A stretch of 64,000 nucleotides of DNA from Camelus ferus (taxonomy: Eukaryota), in contig NC_045705.1 in the NCBI RefSeq assembly GCF_009834535.1, positions 50,468,001 through 50,532,000 of the forward strand, read 5' to 3'. The stretch's first letter is position 1, and every line of letters starts with the position of its first letter. Below, one piece after another: positions 11,020 to 24,432 of this stretch. The notes beneath the pieces were generated by a model. It made no database searches. It was not told the origin of the DNA and saw nothing but the letters and a program-made list of their open reading frames with translations. Position numbers and translations under genes: made by a program.

Positions 11020-14000
11020 AACGTATCTATTCACCGTAAAGTTTTTCTTGCTTTTGAATTTTATTGAAGTGATATCATACCATATGCAGTCTTCTGCCAT
11101 CTTGCTTATTTTAAATTCTCCATTATGCTTCTAAAATGCCTCTGTGTTGCTCATTCATTTCCACTGCTGTATATATAATAATTCGGTTGCATGTGACACA
11201 GCTCACTGTACCACAATTTATCCATTTCCCTGTCAATAGATATCTAGGTTGTTCTTAGCGGTTTGCTATTGTGAATGATGCTGCTATGAACATTCTTGTA
11301 TTTGTCTTCTGGTCCATGTGGGCAAGAGTGTCTCTGGAGTATATACTTAGGAATGAAATTCCTGAGTAGTAGGTATGCAAATGTTCCCTTTTCCAGCATA
11401 AAGCCAAGTTGTTTTGCAAAGAGTTGTTGCTGCTTATACTCCAACTAACACTGAATAAGAGCTCCCGTTTTTCCTCACCCTTGCCAAATACTTAGTATTA
11501 TCAGATTTTACACGTTTTGAAAATTTAATGGTTTCAAATAGTTTCTCACTGTAGTCTTCATTTGCATTTTCCTAATTACTAATGAGTATTCTTGTGAAAG
11601 TATACTTATGCAATTTACCTATTTTTATATTGAGTTGTTTGCCTATTTCTTATTGATTTGTACGAGTTCTTTACAAATTCTGGAATACTGATTCTTTTTT
11701 GGTTATATTTGTGGCAAATATATGTTCCAAATTAGTGGCTTATCTTTTCTGTTCTTTTATGGCATCTATAGACTCCCAACTAGAGGTCAAAAAGATTCTT
11801 AACTTTTCAAGTTTTATTTTCACATTAAAGTCCTTAATTTTTATGAAATTTATTATATGGTTTAAGATAAGGATCAATTTCATCTTCTTCCTGTATGGAA
11901 AACCAGTCATCCTAGAATCACTTATTTCCTGTGAATGGCAGTGCTGCTGCTGGCTTATATCATGTTTCATACAGGTGAGATTACGTTTGGGTCTTCTGGT
12001 AGCTTTCAGTAAAGTATTAAATTTGGCTCCATAGATGTTGTGTGCATTTTTTGTTAGATTTACTCCTAGGCACCTTATGTTTTTAATGCTAATGTAAGTG
12101 GTATCTTCTTTGTTATTTCATTTTCTAGAAACTGATGTTGAGATAGAGAAATGCCACTTATTTTTCTATTTTGATCTGATTTCCAATCATGTGATTTAGA
12201 CTCTTATTTTTTAAAAATTACCTGTACATTTTTTTGGAGTTCTCCAAGTGGGTAACGCTATCATCTGGAAGCAACAAAAATGTGTTTCTCTCCCTCCCAA
12301 CCTTGTGCCATTTCCCCCCTTGTCTTACTGTACTGGCTGGGGTCTCGCGTACAATGTTGAATAGAAGAGGTGATGATGGGCATCATTCTTTTATTTTTGA
12401 TTTAAAAAAGAAATGCTTCTAATATTTTACCATTAAGCAATGATGTTTGCTGCTGGGTTTTGTAAGCTATCCTTGTAAATAAGAACGTTCTGACCCAAAA
12501 GATCCACTTCTGTTATTTATCCAAAGAACATAAAAACACCAATTTGAAAAGACATATGCACCTTTACGTTCATTTTAGCATTATTTACAATAGCCACCAT
12601 ATGGGAACAACCTAAATGTTCAGTGACCGATGAACAGGTAAAGAAGATGTGGTATATATGCACAATGGAATATTACTCAGCCATGAAAAAGAATGAAATC
12701 CTGCCATTTGTAATGATATGGATGGACCTTGAAGGTACTGTGCTAAGTGAAATAAGTCAGAGAAAGATAAATACCATATGCTTTCACTTATATGTGGACT
12801 CTAAAAAAAAAACAAAACAAATGAATAAACAAAATAAAACAAGCTCATAGACACAGAGATCAGTGGTTACTGGAGAGGAAGGGCGTTGAGGGTGGGTGAG
12901 ATGGGTGAAGGGGGTCAACTATATGTTGATGGATAGTAACTAGAATTGTGTCATGATCACTCTATAGGGTATGCAGGTGTCAAATTATAATGCTGTGCAC
13001 CTGAAACTTACATGAGAACAAAATGTAAGCTTCAAGAAGGCAAATGGAAAGTTCTATCCTGTCCTTTTTTTGCTAAAAGTTTTTACCCCAAATAAGTGTT
13101 TAATTTTGTCTAGTGGTATTTTCTTCTCCTATCAAAAAGACCATATGTTTTCCTCTTTAATTTGTTCATGCGATGATTGTTAAGTCATCCTTAGATTGCC
13201 AAGTATTAAAATTAATTGGATTAAATATTCATTATATTCTTTCATCTTGTTGAATCTTTGCTATATTGGTGGCTATGTCTGCCCTTTTCATTCCTAATTT
13301 ATTTATTTCTTCTCTCTTACTTTTAAAAATCAGTTTAAGAGGATTGCTTTTAGTCTTTTATTAGTTATTGGCTTGCTTGACCCTCTCTATTTCATCTTTA
13401 TTCTCTATTTCATTTACATCTGCTCATATATTTGTTATCTTCTTTCTTTAGGTTTATTTTGTTTTTCATGAAGTTGGATACTTAGCTCATTAATTTTAAG
13501 TCTTTCTTCCTTTCTAATAGAAGTTTTTAAGGCAATACCTCTCAGGACAGCTTTCACTGCACCCCATGAATTTTAATCTATTATTTTCCTTTTCATATTT
13601 AGTATATTTTAAATGTCCAAGTATTTTAAAAAATATCCATTTGATTTTTTTCCTTTGATCCATGAGAGTTTTTTATTTTTACTTTCCAATATATGGTTTA
13701 AAAAATATCTTTTGGTTATTGATTTCTAAGTTACTACATTGTAGGGCAGAATGTGGTCTGTATAATATAGATTCTCTAAGATTTACTTTATGAACTCATA
13801 TGGCCAATTTTTGTAAATCACCATGTAAACTTGAAAAGAATACCCATTAAATTAAAATTACTAATTACAATGTTCAAATTTATAGTGATGTTTTGTCTAT
13901 TTGACTACCATTATTTTGAGAGATGTACTAAAATCTCCTGCCATGATAGTAGACATTTTTCCCTGGTTTTATCATTTTTTGTATGATATATTTTGAGCCT

Positions 14001-16480
14001 GTTATAGTCAATGCATATAACATTTAAAACTCATTCTTCTTGGTTGAGTTGATCATTTTAAAATTATGTAGTGACCCTGTTTGTTGCTATTCATGGTTTT
14101 GATATTAAAGGCTATTTTATCTGCTTTTAATATAATGACTCTAGCCTTATTTCGTTGGTATGTACTTGCCATCCTTTATTTGAAACCTTTCTGTTTATGT
14201 TTTATATGTGTCTGCTAAATAGCATATAATTGTTTTGTTCAACTTTCATTACTATTATTGACATAATTGGACTTGTTTCTACCATCTTTCTTTGTGCTTT
14301 TTATCTTTTTTTGAACACTTCCTAATTTCTATTTAGAATTGAGTTGGCAGTTTTGTTTGGTTTATTATTATTTTTTTAAATTTCTTCTCCCTCCCTTTGT
14401 TTCCTCCAGCTGATTTGGAAGTTATACACTTTGTTTCTATTCTTTCTATAATTACACTTAAAATTCAAATAGGTATCCTTCATACCCTAATAAAGTCTCA
14501 ACGTAATAAACATCTTAGCCTCCTTTTAAACAACATAAGGACCCTGGAATACTTCACTTCTGACCACTCAACTCCAAGCTAATGTCCATTTTAGTCCAGT
14601 ATATAGTCTATTTAGTTCTATCTTTTTAAAAAGCTGTTTTATACTGATAATGTTTATTTGTTTTACTTACAGGTTTATTACTTTTTGCATTCACTATTTC
14701 TTCTTGAATATTTCAGATTATCCTTTTTTATCTTTTTCTTTCACTTAAAGTATATTTGCTAGAATTTTGTTTGTAGATAGTTAAATCTTTCATTAACTGA
14801 ATATTTCTTTATTGTGTACTTGCTTTTGAAATATATTTTTCTGGGTATACCATTCTAGCTTGAAGATTTTTTTCAGCCTTTTGAAATTATTATTTCACTG
14901 TCTTCTAACACCTACTCTTGCTGTTGAGAAGAGAGCTGTCAGTAAAAATTTTGTTTTTTTTAAGTGACTTGTTTTTTCTCTTTATCCCCTTCAAGGTTAT
15001 CTATCTTTGGTGTCCTACATTTTCACCCCATTGTGCCTAGGTAAGTGTGAATTTATTTTAAATTTATCCTGATTTCTGTATCTCCCTGTATCTGTAGATT
15101 CATATATTTCATCCACTTTGGAAAAATAGAGCTAATGATCATATATCATGCATTTGGTGCCAGACTCTGTTCTAAATGCTTTGCTTAGTACCTCCGCCAT
15201 TATCTCTTCAAATAATACCCAATCTTAATTTTCTCTATTCTCTCCTTCTGGGACTTAAACTAAATATATATCAGAACTTCTCATTCTGTCTTCTATATCT
15301 ACAAGCTACTCTTTTTTGTTTTCTATCTCCTTCTATTTATGTGCTGCATTCTAGTTAATTTCTTGAGACACATTGTCCAATTCACTAATTGTCTCTTCTG
15401 CTGTATCTAAGCTACTGTTTAGTGCATTCACTGAGTGTTTAGTTTCAATGAATATATTTTCAATTCTAAACTATTTAATTTTTTTTTTAAATCCCTGGTA
15501 TACATCTATCAAAATTTATCAAATTGTACATCTCAAATATGTGTAGTTTACTGTACAGGAACCATGCCACAATAAAGGTGTTTTTTTTTTTTTTTAAATT
15601 AGAAAAGATAACAGGGTTAAGTATATAATATTATAACTGAAAACATCCCTGATCATTTTCCTCTTAACTTTTTATTTGGAAAAATTTAAGCCTAAAGTAT
15701 TCAGAATTATATTTAGTTTTATTTATTTAGTCTCTTTTCATCTAAAACAGTCCCCTAGATCCCCCCCACCACTCCCTTTTTGTTGTTTTATGGCATTGAC
15801 ATTTGTCAGTTGTTTTGCAGATTGTCTCTCAATTTGAATTTGTCCGATTATATTTTTACGGTTAAACTCAGGTTAAGCATTTCTGGCTGAGATGCTGCAT
15901 AGGTGAAGATGTGTCTTTCTTTCTACATCACAGCAGGAAGCTCATGATGATACTTTGATTACAGTTAGGATTGGTTAAGTTTAACGTGGTATAGTCTGTT
16001 CACTTTTATTTTTCTGCTTGCTCATTTTGTATGTAATCTATTTCTTTAATGTTTTATACAGAGACATAGTATATTCTGTATTTGATAATTAATATAGTTT
16101 GTGGCCATTTAAATTTGTTGATTTTACTGACTCTCATTCTTGGTGGCTCACTTCCTTGTGTTTTGGGTGATTTAAAAAATTACTATAAGCTCATATTTTA
16201 TTGAACTTAGACTATCTGAATCCTGAGAGCCTAAACCAAGACATGGTTTCTTTCATAGAGGATCTATAGTTGGTTTTGGGGGCACTAGAGATCTGATTTA
16301 ATGTGAGACTCTCAAGGCTAGCTAGTTCCCCTACTTTTTGTTTGAACCAAGACTTAGATTCCAAAACCACCGATATTTATTCCAAGGCAACCCTGGATTT
16401 CTGTTTTTGTGTTTGCTTCCTTCCTGGAACAAGTAGGTTTCAACATAGCTTTTTTTCACCCTCCTTTTTCTTGGCGCTAA
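11020..16480 (-). mobile_element. Old LINE-1 (L1ME/L1MC-like), degraded, sense to the gene
   Basis: About 5 kb of T-rich antisense L1 text running from the 3' UTR (gctgctatgaacattcttgta) through ORF2 to ORF1-region remnants. Confidence 0.8.
12490..13020 (+). mobile_element. Younger laurasiatherian LINE-1 3' end nested in the old L1
   Basis: atggaatattactcagccatgaaaaagaatgaaatcctgccatttg...ggatggaccttgaagg; opposite orientation to its host. Confidence 0.85.
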
Positions 16481-17089
16481 GGATTTCTCTCACTTAAGAG
16501 CCTAGCAATGTTTTCAAAAGTATCTTATTGTAGTGAATGGACTTTTATAGTGTCTACTCCTCCATTCTGCTGCTCCATACTTCTTAGGAACCGCACTCTA
16601 TATTCTTGGCTGAGGTGGCCACTTGGGTATTTATTTTAAGATATTTTTTCAGGTAAAATCATTGTGACAGTGTTTTTTAAAACAGAGGGTTGCAAAATTA
16701 ATTTTATGGGTCATAACAGGCACTAAAACTGAGCTAGAACAGACAGTATCAGTCTTTTATATGCAGCAAAATTTGCTATTATTTCTGAAAACACTTTATT
16801 CAATTATATATTTATGTGTACTAACTTGTGACGTAAAATGCATTTCTTGCTGCTGTCATGGGAATTCTTGTGTGTAAAGCAATTGTCTAAGGCATGTAAC
16901 TCTGAAGCCTCAATGGCCCCAGAATCTATGCAATGGAGAGGACCCAAGGTTTCTTCAGGAAGAGAATTTTAGCCTCACCCTCACTGGGCCTATCTCTGTT
17001 ATAAGGCCACTGCCCTACCAGGGGGCTACTGAGACTGGAAACAGAGATGAATACATAATGAACGGATTATTAACATTTGTTGAATGAGG

Positions 17090-17480
17090 TAGTTTGCCAC
17101 AGACCTCAAGTATCCCTTTGCGTCTTTGTTAAATATGCCGAACAGCAAGGCCTAACCATCCTGTGATCCTGAGCCACTGCTGCAATCAGCCAGGGAGATT
17201 ACTTGCTTCCTGGGAAAGGGGGCTGGCTTGTTCCTTGCACTGAGGTTCTCTGGTGCTGCACAATCCACTTTGTGCACAGCTGCCATCTGGGCCTATCAGG
17301 TCACACCACAGCACTTAGATACAGGGCAACATGTTTCAAGTAGCTCTTCCTGCTGTTTGCTGTGCTGAGAGTAAAAGCTCCCAGGCTCTGATGCCCTGAA
17401 TCTCGCTGTTTACTTTCAGCACGTGGAGTGTAGCAAACCCATCCAAGTTCCTGGATTGCTTAGCCCCCAACTTCGGAGTC
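17090..17480 (+). mobile_element. Possible ERVL-type LTR (LTR33-like) remnant
   Basis: ccctttgcgtctttg...gcttgttccttgcactgaggttctctggtgctgca resembles recalled LTR33-family text; family and strand uncertain. Confidence 0.4.
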
Positions 17481-17796
17481 TTGTTACTCCCGGCCACTGT
17501 CTATAAATGGCATCAGGACTCAGACTCGGGAGTGTCTGATTCTAAAATCTGTGTTCTTTTCAGGACACCTCACTGGCACGTTATCCAGGAAATTATTATT
17601 CCTTCCGCTCCTCAGAAGGAGTCAAGATAAAAACCACAGAGTGTAAGCTAAACTACTTCCCTCTTCCTGGCTAGGATTTATTGCAGTTTCTCTTGTCATC
17701 ATGTGTGCTCCTGCTGCCACCTGCTGGCATCCTCACACATCCTAAAATTTCTTTGTAAACCCCTTATCTATGTGAAGAAGCAGCCATCTGGTTATT

Positions 17797-17846
17797 AAAA
17801 AAAAAAAAAAAAAAAAAAAAAGCAGCAGCAGCAGCAGCAGCAGCAG
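17797..17846. repeat. Compound microsatellite: about 25 A followed by (AGC)8
   Basis: Read directly from the sequence. Confidence 0.97.
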
Positions 17847-19319
17847 AAGGAAGCTCAATGGAGGCAACCAGCTGGTAAACCTTCCCCAACGTTGGTAAAC
17901 GTATAAGAGAGGAGTGATTCCCATACACTCCCCTGGGCACTAATGTCTTCTCCCTCAAAGCCAATCTCAGTTCTCATCAGATTTTACCTGTCTTCAGGTA
18001 TTGAAGAAAGCACAGATCCCATTATCAACACCATCCAAACTTGAATGGTGGTCTCTTGCTAAACCAAGGAATTCCATGGCCCTGGCACTAATCCTGACTA
18101 CCACGTTGACAACGAACAAACCAGCAGGTCTTCTTGCTTGACCAAGAAGAGTCTACAGTGGCTGTGAAAATCAACTTGACTTCCTCACAGAGGGCAATCA
18201 GGCTGCTGCACATTGTGGTCCTTTACCCTGGGTGGCTAGGACCATCTAGAGAATCTACTGCCCTTGTCAAGGACATCCATCTCCCTCATACATACACACA
18301 CACACACTACAGAACATAATGACTTGTCATCTGGGGTGGATTGCGGGATTTTTATTTTTCTTTGTTTCCTTTGCCTTGAAAAATGGGGAAAAACCCTTCC
18401 TGGGGGTGGGGGAGCTTATNNNNNNNNNNNNNNNNNNNNNNNNNNNNNNNNNNNNNNNNNNNNNNNNNNNNNNNNNNNNNNNNNNNNNNNNNNNNNNNNN
18501 NNNNNNNNNNNNNNNNNNNNNNNNNNNNNNNNNNNNNNNNNNNNNNNNNNNNNNNNNNNNNNNNNNNNNNNNNNNNNNNNNNNCCTTTCAGGCTGGCGCA
18601 CATCATTATCAGAGGAGACTTGCATAACTGTCTCAGACGACTCGTNNNNNNNNNNNNNNNNNNNNNNNNNNNNNNNNNNNNNNNNNNNNNNNNNNNNNNN
18701 NNNNNNNNNNNNNNNNNNNNNNNNNNNNNNNNNNNNNNNNNNNNNNNNNNNNNNNNNNNNNNNNNNNNNNNNNNNNNNNNNNNNNGCCAGCTCAAATACA
18801 ACGTAACCTAATAAGCATTGGTCATTCATTAAGCACCAGGGCAATCTCTTAAAGGGGCTGAGTAGAATATTAAACTGCAAAGGAATATTATTATTGCACA
18901 AATGTTATTACAAGTTAGAGTGTATTAATTTCGATGCCTGGCTTGCAAATCTTCTGTTTGGTTTCCTTTGGGGCTGCTGTCTGTGACTTGACTCTCTCAG
19001 TCTCCTGCTCCTTGTTGATCTGCATCTGTCACCCACACAAGGACAATCAAGGAGAAAAAGGCCCATACACTTAACAGGGGAATTAAATTACCAAGGATAT
19101 AAAGGGAATGAACAGAATCCATCTTCTGGCCAGGCGAATACACCTTTGAAAACATCAGAAGCTGGCCAGTTTCTTTAGCTGTTAAGTCAAAATAGCCTTT
19201 CTTTACAGTGAGGGTAAGGAAGATTTTTAAAAGTTCTAAAAATTTGGCTTCTAGACTTTGAATTTCAACAGCAAATGTCAGAGACTAATTCTTTAAAACA
19301 TGTGTGTAGATATTTAATA

Positions 19320-19560
19320 ATATTTTGTGAAATAATATCAGGTAGCCATTTATTGAAGGCCTACAATGTGATGGGTACTCTTGGGTGACACTTGGCCCAC
19401 TGATACCCCTAATTTTAAAAATGACCTGGGAATATGAGGATTATTAGCTCTATTTTTCACATAAGGAATCTGAGGCCAGAGAGGTTAGGTGATTCTCCCA
19501 AGCCACACAGCCGAAATGCAATGGAACAGAAGTTGAACACAGGGTTCTTTGATGCTTATA
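19320..19560 (-). mobile_element. MIR SINE
   Basis: catttattgaaggcctacaatgtg...aggaatctgaggccagagaggttaggtgattctcccaagccacacag. Confidence 0.8.
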
Positions 19561-19879
19561 ATTTTATTCATCCTACAGTGCCTCCCCAGCAAACGGAAAC
19601 ATGCCCTAGCTTTGCTAGTTTATTTTTTCCATTTCTAAGGCTCTCACTGAAATCAGTGGATTCCTAAAGAAAAGTGCCAGAGCCTTTCTGATTGGGAACA
19701 TGACCAAACATTTCATTGTATTGAAAGTCCTGACAGCAGCTGTAGAGGCCAGCAGTGACTCTCACTCCAAGTAACAAGAAACAGTTACTGTTTTTGTCAA
19801 GAACCTACTTCTGATGGGTGGATTTGGCTTCTCTGCAAGGAAATGCACAGAGTATTGCAGTAAGAAAGGGAACAAACTT

Positions 19880-20040
19880 TATTAACCATCTACCCGGTGC
19901 CAGGCACTGTGCTAGGGCTTCCTTATAAACTGTTTCAATCAATCCTCACCCCAAATCCAAGAAGCGGGGATGATTGTCATTCCCACTTAACAAACACAGA
20001 AACTGAGGCGCAGAGGGATAAAGTCAGACTCCAAAGTTTC
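19880..20040 (-). mobile_element. MIR SINE
   Basis: gtgccaggcactgtgctagg...aatcctcac...gaaactgaggcgcagaggg. Confidence 0.8.
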
Positions 20041-20909
20041 CAAAGAGACAATAACCACACAGCTACTGAAGCTGAAACCGCAGGACCTCTCACGTGGATG
20101 GGCCCTTGCAAGGCTTCTGGGAACAGTCCCACAGTTTTGTCTGCATGACTTTGTATGAGCTTCAGGTCTCACAAAATCTCGGTCTGCCCCCACTGGCACC
20201 ATCAATCTCAGATAACTGAACTTTTAAGAGAACTGAGGCCCTAACCTTTCCCAATGTTGTTTAACAAGCAACATGTGTTTTCAGTGTCTGCTTCTCCCAC
20301 TTTATATTCCAAAATACAGAGGCTAAAGGCATAACATGAGAAAACTAAAGAGACAATAACCTCACTAACTCCAATTCACTAACCACACTGCTACAGGACA
20401 AACAAAAAAAAAGCAAACAAACAAACAAAACCATGTAGATATCTTTTAGTTTCATCCCTCATCTCAAAACCCTTCGCTGACTCCTCATTCGTTAAGGCAT
20501 TTCACGTCTTTTCACGTTTCGCCTTTGCAGGTGCTATTCCTTCTGCCAGAACAATCTCCTTACCTCCCTCGTTCCCTCCTGCTCCTCCTCCGGTTCTCAT
20601 CTTAGTAGATGACTACTTCCAGGTGATTAACTGGACCACCCCCGCTGCAAACCCTCCCCATCAAGATCAGTTAGGAAGCTGGTGATTCTGCCCTCATTCC
20701 ACCCTGATGTTTGTTCCCACCATGGCACTCATCCTCCTGGACTGTGGTTTATTTATTTACATGTCTGTGTTCCACAACGGACCATAAACTTCTCAAAGGC
20801 AGAAAATGCCACGCTCCTCGTTATAGACCCACTGTCTCCATGTCTAACACGGGGCAGGTCTTCACCAGATGAATTCTGCTTGCATCTAAGAATCTGAAGC
20901 GGTCAGTGG

Positions 20910-21185
20910 ATAGTTAGCATTTATTGCTTTACCTTATGCAAGGCAACATGCTACTTTCACATATACCTGATGCAATCATCTTCTTTAATTTTTATTATTC
21001 CTATCTTACAGAGCTGCAATTTTATTTCAGCTCTCTACATAGGGAACCACCATTATCCACACATTAGAGGAGAAAACAAAAGTTCACAAAGGTTGAGAAC
21101 GTGATTGGCCCAAGGCCATATGGCTGGTGAAGGGAGAAACAAGGAGTCTGACTCCAAGTCCAGGTTTTGAATCACTACCAACATT
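20910..21185 (-). mobile_element. MIR SINE
   Basis: ttagcatttattgctttacc...gaggagaaaacaaaagttcacaaaggttgag...gcccaaggccata...tctgactccaagtcc. Confidence 0.65.
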
Positions 21186-21493
21186 GCTTGGTTGTTTCAA
21201 CTGTTTCTCCTGAATTTACCTTAACCCCTGAATTTCAAAGAACACTCACACTAGCAGAAGAGAGACTGGGCAGACTAGAAACCCAAGCCCTACAGGCTGA
21301 CCCTGGAATTTCAAATGAGCGACCAGTTTGATTTTGAAAGTGTGAAGCAGTTGTGGATTGAGCACCGCAGGTCCGCGTTGAAAGTTCCACAGCAGGTGAC
21401 AAGGTCTTGATGTCTTGCCCAGGTGCCACTGATCTCGGACCACAGACACGGACCCAAGCCCGCTGCTCCGGATCTGCCGGTGGGGATGCCTAC

Positions 21494-21587
21494 CTGCTTC
21501 TCCTCTCAGCGCCTTCTCCAGCCTCACGCCCTGGATCTCGGAAGCCCTCTGCCGCTCCTCCACCTCCTCCAGCTGCCTCTGGATGGC
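21494..21587 (-). CDS. MICAL2: MICAL2/MICALCL bMERB exon (94 nt, phase 0 to 1): [31 protein letters not shown]
   Basis: Acceptor ttgcag|GCC, donor GCAG|gtaggc; identical to recalled human peptide. Confidence 0.97.
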
Positions 21588-22920
21588 CTGCAATGCCAGG
21601 ACCATACGTCACACGGGGACTCTCAATGTGCAGAGTCACAGAAGGGGCCAATTCTGCCACTTGCTTTCCAAGATGAAGAAGCCCTTTCCCTTGTGATGCC
21701 ACCACCTCCTTCGCTAACTGGGTAAGAACCTCTGGATTCCCAAAACAACTAGAACTTGACATCTCCTGTCTTTACTATGAAGACATAAAGCAAGGGTCTG
21801 TGTGTAAGCTCAGTCTGCCCCCAAGGAGACGTTAAAACAGTTCCCTTTTGACCAGGCGAATGAATTAGTCAGAGGCTGCTTGGCAGAGCGGGCGGGTGGC
21901 CCTCATGGCTCCTGGCCTCGGAGCCTCAGCCTCTGACTGTGGTCATGGCTTAGCTGCTGGAGCTGCAGCCACTACTCAGAGTAGGACAGGATCTCCCAGG
22001 ACAAACACACTTTCCCAAGAAGAACCAGCAGACACCACTCAGGAAGTTGGTCTGGAGCCGGAGACCCCGGGCCAGCTGCTGGGGCTGGGTGTTCCTCTCG
22101 GTTTGTCCTGCTCCTGTCTTCAGCTACACACTGGCAACCTATTCTTTCATGGCACCGCAGGGCCTTTTACTGACTATGGAAGTGTATGATGGCTTTGTTA
22201 CTAGCGGGTTATCAAGACAAGACAGAAGGCATTTATCCCATTAAGGCACATAATCCTTAGACTAACCATAGGCACCTATCAAGGCTTGGGGTCATGACAT
22301 CTTTACTTTCCCTACTAGGCATTTCTCTCTTATGTGTATTAGGAAGGAAAATTAAGAGAAAGCCTTTCCCAAATACATTCTGTTCATCCCCATCAATTTT
22401 CTCTGCTATCAAACACATGCTGCCAAAAGGCACATCTCTTGGCAGAACCCATGCTGCACCTGGCAGCCCAGGTACATTCAAGGAAGTGGCAGCTGTTTGG
22501 GCAGGTGGAATGTGTGTGTTCTTCCTCCTCTGCCTTCCTCTAGCTCTGTCTCACTCCCCTTCCTCCTTAACTCCAAACCTTTCTGAGTCTCCCCTGGGTT
22601 CAGAGCACAATGCCTGAGGAACCTCCAAACCCATGAAGAGGTAATGGGGGCGGGGCAGGGGAGTTGGGGGAAGGACTGAGCAGCCGTTGGCTTCTTGTCT
22701 CAGCTGAGAGTGTTTAAGCCCCAAACAGAAAATCTGAAATAGATGGGAATTCTCTCTAATACCACTTGTAATTTCATGCTCTCTTCCTCTCGGTCTCTCT
22801 TTTAAAGACAATTATATCTTTATAGATCTGTTTCTTACTGGCATAGTTTAGAATGGCTAAAGGAAGGGTAACAGTTCAATGTTTTTATTACTCACTATGT
22901 TGCAATTATGGCTGTATAAT

Positions 22921-23317
22921 TGTTAGGGACTGAGTAGTGCCGCCCGCCCCATTCATATGCTGAATCCCAAAAGTGACTGTATTTGGAGTGAGTCTTTAAG
23001 GAGGTAAATAAGGTTAAATGAGGCCATAACAGTCAGCCCTAATCCAATAGGACTGATGTCCTTATAAGAAGAGGAAATGATACCAGAGCTTTCTCTCTCT
23101 CTCTTTCTTGTTCTGTACGTGCACAGAAAAAGGCCACGTGAGGACACAGCGAGAAGGCAGCCATACAAGCCAGGAAGAGAGTCCCCACCAGAAATCAACC
23201 CTGAAGTCACCTTGACCTTGGACTTCCAGCCTCCAGAGCTGCGAGAGGACACATTTCTGTCGTGTAAGCCACCCCGGCTGTGGGATGTTGTTATGACTGC
23301 CCGAGCAGACTGATAGA
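22921..23317 (+). mobile_element. MaLR solo LTR, MLT1A/MLT1B-like
   Basis: ccctaatccaataggactgatgtccttataagaagagg...ggacttccagcctccagagctg. Confidence 0.85.
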
Positions 23318-24339
23318 GTCAACATCCTTTAGAAACTAAGGAAGCAAATCTCAAACATTAAAAAAGGCTTCTAGGCGTGCTAGCAGCTTAGGACTCCAAA
23401 GGCCATCGTAATTCTTCTGTTATCACTGCCAACTGTCTGGAGTGAGACCATAAGGTGGGGGAATGGTTGAGTTTGTCAGTCTGTATCATAAAGACCTATC
23501 TTGTTCTCAGAAGGAAGAGATGAAGATTTCAAGAAAGCCTGTTTTGGAAGCTGAGGGTGGACAGAGGGAGCTGATGGGAACTTCCCCTGCCCACTAGGTG
23601 AAAGGGTGGTTCCCGTGTCAGTCGTTGAGAAGAGTAAAGGAGGCTGGATTAAATGTCTCCCCTCTTGTCAGAAACAACCTACAGGACCATACTGGCCAGA
23701 TAAAGCGATAACTGGGGGAAGGGATGTCAGGGTCCACTGGATTCACAGGAGCAGTCGTTTTAAGACCTTCTGTCCTAAAACCCAGCTGTTCTCCACGGCT
23801 AGGTGTGGGGGCCTCAGGGAGAGGGAGAGGGCCTTGACTTTCTGCCTCATTGTGCCTGTCTGTGACCCATCGGGCAGGAAACAATCAGGCCGGGAGATCG
23901 ACAGCAGAATGCTAGCTGCTTATGTGCTCACCAACCTTGGAAGAGAGGCAGCCCCAGGAGTTGTCAGTTCAGCGAAGACACTGCCAGGAAGTCAGGGGAG
24001 GGTTGTGTTCTCACAGAGGACAAAACTAAGGCCAGTGCTACGTGACAGTCAGGGCCCAGGATGGTTCCCAAGGCCATGTGTTGGCTGTCATTCCAGCTCA
24101 CTTTGCAGGACACACATCGGCAGATAGAAAGCCAGCTGGGAGTGGGCCAGCTCAACACCTGGGCTCTCCAGGCCCCAGAGCCGCACCAGGGACTGAACTG
24201 GGGCCCACAGAATAGCCACAAGCCACAACCTTTCCCCAGCCTGCCTCCCCCAGTGCAATGCAGATTTCCAAGGGGCTTCCAGATCCAGACTCCCAGGATC
24301 CCAGACCCAAATTCACTTATCTCAAGTGTGTTTTCTGAC

Positions 24340-24432
24340 CTGAGCTTTATGAAGTCTTTTCAATTCTTCCTGCTTAACCAATTGTTTTGTGGCTTTTTCC
24401 AGCTTCCTTCTTCTTCTAAATGTCTTCCTCTC
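24340..24432 (-). CDS. MICAL2: MICAL2/MICALCL exon (93 nt, phase 0): [31 protein letters not shown]
   Basis: Acceptor cttttgtag|GAG, donor CAG|gtcaga. Translated by hand; it is not in the ORF track. Matches human [31 protein letters not shown]. Confidence 0.95.

Noticed and set aside
18264-18901. Long ORFs spanning N-runs (also 4024..4422, 29450..29968, 33016..33311 and others)
   Set aside because: Artefacts of translating N as X.
23606-24127. 173-aa plus-strand ORF (likewise 1700..2215, 51073..51552 and 50175..50645)
   Set aside because: Non-ATG or weak starts, no recognisable homology; ORFs this long are expected by chance in 64 kb.
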